Below are positions 19,680-28,013 of a DNA stretch of 64,000 bases, piece after piece (the stretch's first letter is position 1; each line of letters begins with the position of its first letter). The notes under the pieces are model-generated. The model did no database searches and was not told the DNA's origin. It saw nothing but the letters and a program-made list of their open reading frames with translations. Both the position numbers and the translations under genes were made by a program. Source of the stretch: an uncultured bacterium (GTDB lineage Bacteria > Bacillota_I > Bacilli_A > RF39 > UBA660); NCBI GenBank assembly GCA_946643435.1, contig CAMPCD010000003.1, positions 14,866-78,865 on the forward strand, read 5' to 3'.

Positions 19680-21314
19680 ATGAGTAAAATAAGAATATTT
19701 GGACTTGGTGGTTTAAACGAATCAGGTAAAAATACTTATGTTGTCGAAATAGATGACAAAATATTTGTGCTTGATTGTGGACTTAAATACGCCATTGATA
19801 ATGAATATGGTATAGATTATATCTTACCTGATTATTCATATTTAAAAGAGAATAAAGATAAAATTGTTGGTGTATTCATTACACATGCTCACCTAGAAAA
19901 TATGGGTGGTGTAGGGGATTTATTAAACATTATCCCTGATATTAAAATATATTGTACAAGATATACAAAGGAATATTTATTACTAGAAGGAATTAAAGAA
20001 AAGAGTATAGTTGAAATAAAGGTTAATAAAAAGATTACTTTTGGTGATGTTGGTATATTCCCAATTAATGTATCACATTCAGTGCCTGATGCATGTATGT
20101 ATGCAATATATACTAAAGATGGAATTATTTGTTACACTGGAGACTTTATAATTGATCCTACCATGGATGGAGCTTATGCTATGGATTTAGGTAAGATAGC
20201 CTATGTAGGTAAACAAGGTGTTTTATGTCTATTATCTGAATCAACTTTTTCAGAAATACCTGGACATACATCTCCTAAACATAGATTAACTAATTGGTTT
20301 AAAGATCAAATTAATCATGCAGAAGGAAGAATGATTATATCTACTTTACCTGTACACTTACATACTATTCAAGAAATATTAGATGCATCATCTAATATGC
20401 ATAGAAAAGTTGTTATCATGGGTAAAAAACTTCAAAACATAGTTAATATGGCTATGAAGGAAGGATATCTAACAGTTAAAGAAGGATTACTTGGAGATTT
20501 AAATGATATCAATCAAGAAAAAACTATTTTATTAGTATGTGATGATAGAGAAAAACCATATGCTACTATAGGTAAAATAGTATCTGGAAATGATAAGTTT
20601 ATTAATATTAAATCTACAGATACATTCTTATTTGCAGAGCCTTCATATGATTCATGTGAAAAAGTACTTGTTAAATTACAAGATCAAATAGCTCAAAAAG
20701 GAGCAAGTAGTATAACTATACCAAAAGGTAAAACTATATTACATCATGCTTCTCAAGAAGACTTAATGATAATGTTAAATTTAATTAAACCTAAATACTA
20801 TATGCCAGTTAAAGGTGAATATAGATCAATGGTTAACAATGCAAATTTAGCTTATGCATTAAATATGCCAAAAGAAAATATTATCTTAAAACAAAATGGT
20901 GATATAGTTGAATTTATTGATGGTAAATTACAAGATAAATTTGAATCAATAAAGATAGATACTGTTTTAATTGATGGTGATTCATCAGAAGATGTTGGTG
21001 AATTAGTTCTTAAAGATAGAGAGATGTTAGCTGAAAATGGAATAATGTTAATATCTGCTACATTAGATAAACAAACTAAGAAAGTTCTTGTTGGTCCTGA
21101 AGTCATGACTAGAGGATTTATCTATGTTAAAGATTCAGCTGAAATGATTGAAAAGATAAAAGAAATATCTTTAGCAATAATTGAAAAGAATACAACTCCT
21201 AAGTTTGTTGATTATAATCAAATTAAGAATGAAATAAGAGAACAATTATCTAAGTATTTCTATAATGAAACTGAAACTAAACCAATGATAATTGCAGTTA
21301 TTCAAGAGGTATAA
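19680..21314 (+). CDS. rnj: RNase J family ribonuclease (J2-like, degenerate metal-binding motifs)
   Basis: IFGLGGLNESGKNTYVVE, HSVPD, YTGDF and beta-CASP region HHASQEDL..PVKGEYR. Motif II reads HAHLEN instead of HxHxDH. Confidence 0.85.
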   Translation: MSKIRIFGLGGLNESGKNTYVVEIDDKIFVLDCGLKYAIDNEYGIDYILPDYSYLKENKDKIVGVFITHAHLENMGGVGDLLNIIPDIKIYCTRYTKEYLLLEGIKEKSIVEIKVNKKITFGDVGIFPINVSHSVPDACMYAIYTKDGIICYTGDFIIDPTMDGAYAMDLGKIAYVGKQGVLCLLSESTFSEIPGHTSPKHRLTNWFKDQINHAEGRMIISTLPVHLHTIQEILDASSNMHRKVVIMGKKLQNIVNMAMKEGYLTVKEGLLGDLNDINQEKTILLVCDDREKPYATIGKIVSGNDKFINIKSTDTFLFAEPSYDSCEKVLVKLQDQIAQKGASSITIPKGKTILHHASQEDLMIMLNLIKPKYYMPVKGEYRSMVNNANLAYALNMPKENIILKQNGDIVEFIDGKLQDKFESIKIDTVLIDGDSSEDVGELVLKDREMLAENGIMLISATLDKQTKKVLVGPEVMTRGFIYVKDSAEMIEKIKEISLAIIEKNTTPKFVDYNQIKNEIREQLSKYFYNETETKPMIIAVIQEV

Positions 21315-21315
21315 T

Positions 21316-21474
21316 ATGGCAATAAAAGTTAAAAAGGATATTGTTGATATTACTCAAGAATTAAATAATGAATTAGAATTATATGGATTTCAAATTTCAT
21401 TTGATCCAAATAAAAAAGAAGAATCAAAAGAAGTAAAAGAAAATAAAAAGAAGAAGACTACTAAAAAGAAGTAG
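21316..21474 (+). CDS. Small Lys-rich protein, 52 aa
   Basis: ATG at 21316 just after the rnj stop, with SD-like AAGAGG. Lys-rich tail KKKKTTKKK. Hairpin AGACTACT/AGTAGTCT spans the stop codon, followed by a T-run. Confidence 0.4.
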   Translation: MAIKVKKDIVDITQELNNELELYGFQISFDPNKKEESKEVKENKKKKTTKKK

Positions 21475-21573
21475 TCTTTTTATCTTTTCAACAATTCAAC
21501 AAATTATCTTCCTAAGGTTAAAAATAATAGATTTTAACACTTATTAATAATATAATGTTTATAGGAGGTTCAT

Positions 21574-22854
21574 ATGAAAGATAGCGTTACACCAGCAGAT
21601 ATTTATACTGTAGTTAATCAAACTATATTAACTGAAGTTGATAGAAAAGTTCTAATTAGTTTATATGAACCTATTATCGGATCAACTGCTTTAAGTTTAT
21701 ATTTCACTTTATGGCAAGATTTAGATAAAAGTGAAGTAATATCTAGAGACTTAAACCATAAACACTTAATGGTTACTTTAAAAGATTCTTTAAACAATAT
21801 AGTACAAGCTAGAAAAGCTCTAGAAGCAGTTGGATTATTAAAATCATTTGTTAAAGAAAATGTTAGTTTAAATGAATACTTATATGAATTATATTCACCA
21901 TTATCAGCATATGAGTTTTTAAATCATCCTATATTATCAGTTTTATTATTAAATAATATAGGTGAAACAGAATATCATGAAGTAAGTGAATACTATAGAA
22001 GAGTATTTATATCTAAAAAAGAATATACTGAAATAACTTCATCTATGAATGATACATTTAAAGTCGTTACTCCATTTGAAAAAGAAAATGAAGAGATTAG
22101 AAGAAAGAATAAAGCAAGTATTAATATAAGTTCTTTAATTGATTTTGATTTATTAATATCTTCATTACCTAATGGATTATTAAATGATAAATCATTTAAT
22201 AAAAGAACTAGAGAATTAATTAATCAATTAGCATTTATCTATAATGTAGATACTATAAAGATGTCTGAATTTATTAGATTAGTTATAGATAATGCTGGTA
22301 TAATAGACAAAGATAAATTAATTGATAGTGTAAGACGTAATTATGAATTCAATAATAATGGTTCCCTACCAACAATTATTTATCGTAGTCAACCTGAATA
22401 CCTTAAGACACCTGTAGGTGGAAACACTAATAGAGATAAGATGATACAGGTATTTGAAAATACTAAACCATATGATTTCTTAAAGTTTAAAAATAATAAT
22501 ATCAAACCTACAAGTAGAGATTTAAAAATACTTGAACACTTAGCAATAGATCAAGGATTATCTCCAGGGGTTATTAATGTATTAATAGATTATGCAATTA
22601 GAATTAACAATGGTAAATTAAATCAAAACTATTTAGATACTATTGCATCTTCATGGAATAGAGCAGGTGTTAAGACAGTTCCTCAAGCTATGGATCAAGT
22701 CTTAAAGAATCATAATAAGGTAGTTAAGAAGATAATACCTAAAGCTAAGAAAGAAATAACTATTCCTTCATGGATGAATAAAACTAATTCATCTGATGAA
22801 ATAAGTGATGAAGAATTACAAGAACTAGAAAAAGAAATGGAAATATTTAATTAA
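21574..22854 (+). CDS. dnaB: Replication initiation/membrane attachment protein (DnaB of B. subtilis nomenclature, DnaD-like domains)
   Basis: SD AGGAGG. DnaD/DnaB_2-type C-terminal domain (NQNYLDTIASSWNRAGVKT). Directly upstream of dnaI, as in Bacilli. Confidence 0.75.
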   Translation: MKDSVTPADIYTVVNQTILTEVDRKVLISLYEPIIGSTALSLYFTLWQDLDKSEVISRDLNHKHLMVTLKDSLNNIVQARKALEAVGLLKSFVKENVSLNEYLYELYSPLSAYEFLNHPILSVLLLNNIGETEYHEVSEYYRRVFISKKEYTEITSSMNDTFKVVTPFEKENEEIRRKNKASINISSLIDFDLLISSLPNGLLNDKSFNKRTRELINQLAFIYNVDTIKMSEFIRLVIDNAGIIDKDKLIDSVRRNYEFNNNGSLPTIIYRSQPEYLKTPVGGNTNRDKMIQVFENTKPYDFLKFKNNNIKPTSRDLKILEHLAIDQGLSPGVINVLIDYAIRINNGKLNQNYLDTIASSWNRAGVKTVPQAMDQVLKNHNKVVKKIIPKAKKEITIPSWMNKTNSSDEISDEELQELEKEMEIFN

Positions 22855-22865
22855 GGAGGATATGA

Positions 22866-23762
22866 ATGAAGATAGAGAAGTTTGATAATCGTAATTTAAT
22901 ACAAGATTTAAAAAAGAATTATCATGAAGCAACTAAAGATCCTCAATTTATTAAATTAATTAATAAATTAAAAATTAAAGAAGAATTTGCTATGAAGCAT
23001 ACTTCTAAATTACAAAGAAGTGTATGTGAATTAAATAATTGTAAGAATTGTCCAGGATTAGATAAATGTAAGAATCCATCAAAAGGATATATTTATTATC
23101 CTAGATTAAATGGTAATATATTAGTCTTTGATAGTATTGCTTGTAAATATAAACAAGAAGAAATAAGTATAGATGAGAATTCATCTAAAATGTATAATCA
23201 ACCATTAGCAGTAAGAACAGCTAATATGAAAGATATAGATAAAAAAGATAAGAATAGAGTAGAAGCAATTAAATGGATTGTTAATTTCTATAAAGAATAT
23301 AAAAATAATAAACATATTAAAGGACTATTTCTACATGGTTCGTTTGGGTGTGGTAAGACTTATTTAATAGCTGCTTTATTTAATGAATTAGCGAAAGAAG
23401 GATATGAACCAATTATTTATCATTATCCAAGATTATTAGTTGATTTAAAAGAATCATTTGGTTCATCATTTGATAAAAAGATGAATGAATTGATGGAATG
23501 TGATTTATTATTATTAGATGATATTGGTGCTGAAAGTGTTACTTCTTGGTCAAGAGATGAAATACTATCAACTATTCTACAATATCGTATGGATGAGAAA
23601 TTACCAACATTTATTACATCTAATTTAAATATTGAAGAATTAGAAAACCATTTAGCTGAAACTAAAGATAGTGTAGATAAAGTAAAGAGTAAAAGAATAA
23701 TTGAAAGAGTTAAACAATTAACTGATGATATAGAGATTATAAGTGTTAATAGAAGACATTAA
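22866..23762 (+). CDS. dnaI: Primosomal helicase loader DnaI
   Basis: N-terminal Cys cluster (CELNNCKNCPGLDKC). Walker A GSFGCGKTYL. Walker B LLLLDDIGAE. Confidence 0.88.
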   Translation: MKIEKFDNRNLIQDLKKNYHEATKDPQFIKLINKLKIKEEFAMKHTSKLQRSVCELNNCKNCPGLDKCKNPSKGYIYYPRLNGNILVFDSIACKYKQEEISIDENSSKMYNQPLAVRTANMKDIDKKDKNRVEAIKWIVNFYKEYKNNKHIKGLFLHGSFGCGKTYLIAALFNELAKEGYEPIIYHYPRLLVDLKESFGSSFDKKMNELMECDLLLLDDIGAESVTSWSRDEILSTILQYRMDEKLPTFITSNLNIEELENHLAETKDSVDKVKSKRIIERVKQLTDDIEIISVNRRH

Positions 23763-23816
23763 AATCTTGAATAATAATTATATATAAATTATAATTTAAG
23801 TAATATAGGTGATAAT

Positions 23817-25025
23817 ATGAAAAAGTTAAATAAAATCATTTTAATTCTTATTGTATCTTTATTTATTCCAACAACAATTAAAGCTTATACTGGTACATAT
23901 GGTATGAGCTTTAATGAATGTAAAGCATTTGCTGACATTGGAACATTAATAAAAGATTCATATGAATATAAATCATGTTATAGAGCTATGTGTTCTACAA
24001 CAGGTAAATGGAACTTAGGAAACATGGTTTCATCATCTGGTTATAGATGTACAAATGGTAATGCAACACCATATACAAAAATGACTAGTGATGGATGTTC
24101 TAAATTTGCTGGTTCTTGTCAAGCTAACAGTGGTTCTTATTGTACAAGAGTTATGTTAGTTGATTGTAATAGAAATAAAGATGGTAGTCCTTATAACAAT
24201 CCAAATGGAACTACTACTCAAACTCCAATTGGTACATCTAAGACTGTAACTGCTAAAACTACTACAGCAACTAAAAAGACTGTTACTAGAAGAACAGGAT
24301 CAGGAACAACAAGACAAATTATTCCAGTTATAACTAAAGAAACAACTTCAGAAGTAACTAGACCAACAATGCCTACTGAACCACCTAAATCTGGTAATTT
24401 AAATATTAATTCAATTACTATTAATGGAACTGATATTAAATATCGTAATGGATATGATTTATATACTATTCAATTACCATATGGTGTAAAAGATGTAGAT
24501 ATTATAGTTGATACAGAAGATGAAAAAACAATAACTGAAATTGAAGGCGCTTATGATATGCCTGACGAAGATACAACTATTAAAGTTAATGTTATAGCTG
24601 AAGATGGTAATTCTAAAACTATAACAATCAATGTTACTCGTTATACAGGTGAATCAAAAGATTGTACAATTGCTAATATTGCTTTGAATGATTATGATTT
24701 AAAATTTGATAAGAATAATTATAACTATAATTTAAGAGTTAGTAGAAAAACTAAATCTTTATATATGGATATTATTCCATCAGATCCATTACATGCTACT
24801 GTTGAGGTATTAGGTAATAGTAACTTAGGTAATAACTCAATAATCACAATTAATGTAAAAGCTGAAAATGGTGATTTATGTACATATAATATTGAAATTA
24901 AAAAATCTTCAGGAATATGGATTCCTGTAGTTATAACAGTAATAGTATTAATAATACTTGTAGTTGCTGGTATATTAATTTATAGATATATTAAACGTAG
25001 TAAAGATATGTATAAATATGAATAA
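23817..25025 (+). CDS. Surface protein: signal peptide, Cys-rich domain, Thr-rich linker, two cadherin-like beta-sandwich domains, C-terminal TM anchor
   Basis: Signal peptide MKKLNKIILILIVSLFIPTTIKA. 10 Cys in the first ~100 mature residues. TTQTP..TTTATKKTVT linker. Repeats NINSITINGTDI.. and IANIALNDYDLKFDKNNYNYNL.. (cadherin-like beta-sandwich pattern). TM plus basic tail. Confidence 0.65.
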   Translation: MKKLNKIILILIVSLFIPTTIKAYTGTYGMSFNECKAFADIGTLIKDSYEYKSCYRAMCSTTGKWNLGNMVSSSGYRCTNGNATPYTKMTSDGCSKFAGSCQANSGSYCTRVMLVDCNRNKDGSPYNNPNGTTTQTPIGTSKTVTAKTTTATKKTVTRRTGSGTTRQIIPVITKETTSEVTRPTMPTEPPKSGNLNINSITINGTDIKYRNGYDLYTIQLPYGVKDVDIIVDTEDEKTITEIEGAYDMPDEDTTIKVNVIAEDGNSKTITINVTRYTGESKDCTIANIALNDYDLKFDKNNYNYNLRVSRKTKSLYMDIIPSDPLHATVEVLGNSNLGNNSIITINVKAENGDLCTYNIEIKKSSGIWIPVVITVIVLIILVVAGILIYRYIKRSKDMYKYE

Positions 25026-25115
25026 GAGATATGTAAATATCTCTTTTTTATTTACAAACTTAATTGTTAATAGATTAATATATTATTATAATATAAATAG
25101 AATAGGGTGAGTGTG

Positions 25116-25598
25116 ATGAGAAATGCGCTAGCTGGAACATGGCTTTATGCTACTATGATTATATTTATGGTAATATTAATAGCTTATGTTGCAATTACTA
25201 TTAATTACTCAAGAGCTTTTGAGATGTCTGAGAATGTAATTAAAATATTAGAACAATATGAAGGTTTTAATAGTAAAAGTAGAGATCTTATTAATGGAGC
25301 TTTAAATACAACAAATTCAACAGCAAAACATTCATGTGGAGAATTTGACTATCATGGAGATAAACAATTGTATTATGGAGTAACTGGAACATCAGTAGAT
25401 AAGAATCCTAGAGGAAAAAACTATGATTATTGTATTTCAAGAATAAATACTGATGTAAATGGAGTTAAGAAATACTTTTATTTAACTAAGGTTTATTTTC
25501 CATTTAAATTACCTGTATTAGGTGAGATATATTCATTTGAAATACCAGGTGAGACTTCTGCTTTACATTACATTTATGATGATTCATTTAGTACGTAA
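25116..25598 (+). CDS. TadE/TadG-like pseudopilin-type protein, paralogue 1
   Basis: MRNALAG/TWLYATMIIFMVILIAYVAITINYSRAF: short leader ending in Gly, hydrophobic helix, then a polar helix, as in the TadE/G N-terminal domain. Paralogous to 25966-26490. Confidence 0.5.
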   Translation: MRNALAGTWLYATMIIFMVILIAYVAITINYSRAFEMSENVIKILEQYEGFNSKSRDLINGALNTTNSTAKHSCGEFDYHGDKQLYYGVTGTSVDKNPRGKNYDYCISRINTDVNGVKKYFYLTKVYFPFKLPVLGEIYSFEIPGETSALHYIYDDSFST

Positions 25599-25615
25599 AA
25601 TAGCAAAAAAATATA

Positions 25616-25645
25616 TTGAACATATATGTTTCAATGTTGTATAAT
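25616..25645 (+). promoter_or_regulatory. Promoter of the Flp-like gene with an overlapping imperfect palindrome
   Basis: TTGAAC (25616-25621), 18-nt spacer, TATAAT (25640-25645). TTGAACATATATGTTTCAA is a near-palindrome covering the -35. Confidence 0.45.
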
Positions 25646-25674
25646 TTTATTATAATAAAGGAGAGATGTTTTAG

Positions 25675-25938
25675 ATGAAAGATGCGACTGGCGAATTAAG
25701 TATGACAGCTGTAGCAGTAGTTGCTATTGCAGCAATTGGTGTAGTATTCTCTACATTAATATGGCCACAAATAAGAACAAATATTATGAGAAGTACATAC
25801 TGTTCACAAGCGTTTGACTGTGGGGCACCAAATGATAGAGGTATGCAAGAATGTCAATATTGTCCTCAAACTGATGAATCAGTAGTATGTGATGATCCAC
25901 AACCAATATCTTGCCCAGGTAACAGAAATACTCACTAA
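25675..25938 (+). CDS. Flp-like small pilin with Cys-rich C-terminal tail, 87 aa
   Basis: SD AGGAGAG. MKDATG/ELSMTAVAVVAIAAIGVVF: short leader ending in Gly, then one hydrophobic helix. Six Cys in the 45-residue tail. Confidence 0.5.
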   Translation: MKDATGELSMTAVAVVAIAAIGVVFSTLIWPQIRTNIMRSTYCSQAFDCGAPNDRGMQECQYCPQTDESVVCDDPQPISCPGNRNTH

Positions 25939-25965
25939 TAATAAAATATAAAAGGAGAATGATGT

Positions 25966-26490
25966 ATGCGAGAATCGATAGGAGCAGCATGGATAATGGT
26001 CATTGTTATGACATTTATTACTGTGTTCTCTGGTTATCTCGCATTCTCTGTTAATTACTCTAAAGCGTTTAGAGTAAAAGATGGTATTGTTGAAAGAATA
26101 CAAAAACACAATGGAATTGTAGATGCTAAAGGCACATTGGCTGAAATCGATAATTTCTTGAAAGAAATTAATTACAATGCAAAAGGTAATTGTAATCAAT
26201 TTTTAAAGGAAAAAGATGACGAAACTGGCGAAAGTTATGTTAATGGAACTAACTTGGCTGGCATAACTGGAACTGAAGCTAGAATTAATCCAAGAGATGA
26301 TGAAGTCTTTAATTATTGTTTAGTTAAGGTAGCAGCAAACAAGTCGACATCAACAGCAATGAATGCTGCCTACTACAAAGTATTTGTGTTTTTTTCTTTA
26401 CAAATTGGTAGTATAACCTTGTTCTCTAAATTTAATGTACAGGGTCAAACACAAACAATTTATTATGGTCAGGATGCTATTTTTGGTTAA
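25966..26490 (+). CDS. TadE/TadG-like pseudopilin-type protein, paralogue 2
   Basis: SD AAGGAG. MRESIG/AAWIMVIVMTFITVFSGYLAFSVNYSKAF. Shares with paralogue 1 the (I/V)NYS(R/K)AF block, a conserved Cys..NPR..(N/D)YC pair and a C-terminal beta-rich block. Confidence 0.5.
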   Translation: MRESIGAAWIMVIVMTFITVFSGYLAFSVNYSKAFRVKDGIVERIQKHNGIVDAKGTLAEIDNFLKEINYNAKGNCNQFLKEKDDETGESYVNGTNLAGITGTEARINPRDDEVFNYCLVKVAANKSTSTAMNAAYYKVFVFFSLQIGSITLFSKFNVQGQTQTIYYGQDAIFG

Positions 26491-26522
26491 GTTTGACCAT
26501 TTTTAAAAGGGGAGTGACAAGT

Positions 26523-27503
26523 GTGAATATAGTAACTGCAAATGAAAATAAAAGTATTATTGATAGACTTGAAATTGATGTAATTAAACGTGTTGATGGT
26601 CAATTTGAATTAAAAGAATTATTAGGAAAATTTGTTAACTTATATTTTAATAAGATAATTCTTGATGTAACTTCTATCAAAGGATATGAAGATGTTCAAA
26701 CAATAGTAGATTTATCAAAAGCTATTGATCCAACAAGAATTATACTTTTATTAAATAATAATCCTGTTGTTAATTCGAAACTATACTTATCAACATTAGT
26801 TAAAAATGGAATATATAATTTCACACGTAATTATGAAGGTATTACATATTTATATGAACATCCTTCTAAATTAGAAGATGTACAATACTTAATACTATCT
26901 CAACAAGCAGAGGATGAAGAGTTGTTAAAACAGCAACATGAAAGAGAAAACTATGAGATTAAAAGAAATAATAAGCGACTAGTAATTGGTTTGGATAATC
27001 TTACAAATCATGCTGGTGCTTCAAGTTTAACTAATATGATGGTTAAACAATTAAATAATCATGGCTATAAAGCTGTTGGTTTTGAGATGTATAAGCAAGA
27101 TTTAATTTTTTACCATGATGATGAACATTTTATATCAGTAATGTCTAAAATTGAAATGGAAAGTAAATTAAAGTATTATTCAGATGTTGATTGTATAATT
27201 GTGGATTTAAACAATTATTCAGAAGCTAATAAATACTGTGATCAAATATTATATTTAGTAGAACCTTCTTATATAATGTTAACTAAATTATTAAGAAGAA
27301 ATAAGAATGCTTTCTTAGATCATAAAGATGATTATATTGTTTTAAATAAGAGTTTTGTAAATGATCAAGAAATAGCTGATTTTGAATTTGAAACTAAATC
27401 AAAAATATTTGCAAATATTCCACCATTAAATGATAGAAATAATGATTTACATGAAATTAATCAATTCCTTACTCAATTGGGATATGATTGCGTAAATAAT
27501 TAG
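26523..27503 (+). CDS. TadZ/CpaE-like protein: N-terminal receiver-like domain plus ParA/MinD-like domain with degenerate P-loop
   Basis: GTG at 26523, 9 nt after AAGGGGAG. C-terminal half has ParA-like layout (VIGLDNLTNHAGASSLTNMM.., DCIIVDLN), but the Walker A Lys is replaced. Confidence 0.45.
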   Translation: MNIVTANENKSIIDRLEIDVIKRVDGQFELKELLGKFVNLYFNKIILDVTSIKGYEDVQTIVDLSKAIDPTRIILLLNNNPVVNSKLYLSTLVKNGIYNFTRNYEGITYLYEHPSKLEDVQYLILSQQAEDEELLKQQHERENYEIKRNNKRLVIGLDNLTNHAGASSLTNMMVKQLNNHGYKAVGFEMYKQDLIFYHDDEHFISVMSKIEMESKLKYYSDVDCIIVDLNNYSEANKYCDQILYLVEPSYIMLTKLLRRNKNAFLDHKDDYIVLNKSFVNDQEIADFEFETKSKIFANIPPLNDRNNDLHEINQFLTQLGYDCVNN

Positions 27504-27521
27504 TAAATACGTTGACAAATA

Positions 27522-27550
27522 GCCTATATATACATATAATTAAGGTATAA
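27522..27550 (+). promoter_or_regulatory. Consensus SigA promoter
   Basis: TTGACA (27522-27527), exactly 17 nt, TATAAT (27545-27550). Confidence 0.75.
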
Positions 27551-27573
27551 GTGAAAAGGAGAGAAAAAAAGGT

Positions 27574-27933
27574 ATGGATTCAAATTTTATCGGAGGATTT
27601 TGTACTCAAACTGCTGATATTTTAAATTTCATTGGTTGGGTTATAACATTAATAAAAATTGCTATGCCAATCTTAATCATCGTATTTGGTGTATTAGATT
27701 TTGGTAAAGCTGTAGTTGGTGCAGATGAAAAAGTTATTAAGAAATCTGTAACTACATTAGGAATCAGAGTAGTAGCTGGTTTAGTTATATTCTTTATTCC
27801 ATCTATAATTATTTGGTTATTCGGATTAGTTAATGCATACAATAACATGGTTGATGATTTCCATATTTGTCAAACTTGCTTATTAGCTCCATGGAATTGT
27901 ACAGTTTCTACAGACGCTAGTGCAGCATACTAA
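27574..27933 (+). CDS. Small two-TM membrane protein with Cys-containing C-terminal tail (VirB2/TrbC-like topology)
   Basis: SD AAAGGAGAG. Two long hydrophobic helices separated by a basic loop. Tail HICQTCLLAPWNC. Monocistronic, between a consensus promoter and a terminator. Confidence 0.55.
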   Translation: MDSNFIGGFCTQTADILNFIGWVITLIKIAMPILIIVFGVLDFGKAVVGADEKVIKKSVTTLGIRVVAGLVIFFIPSIIIWLFGLVNAYNNMVDDFHICQTCLLAPWNCTVSTDASAAY

Positions 27934-27944
27934 TAAATAAATTA

Positions 27945-27965
27945 AAGGCGTAAAGCCTTTTTTAT
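27945..27965 (+). terminator. Intrinsic terminator
   Basis: AAGGC-GTAAA-GCCTT hairpin followed by a T-run. Confidence 0.6.
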
Positions 27966-28013
27966 TTTTCTATAATATATGATATAATTTTATTGTTAAA
28001 AAGAGGGATTAAT

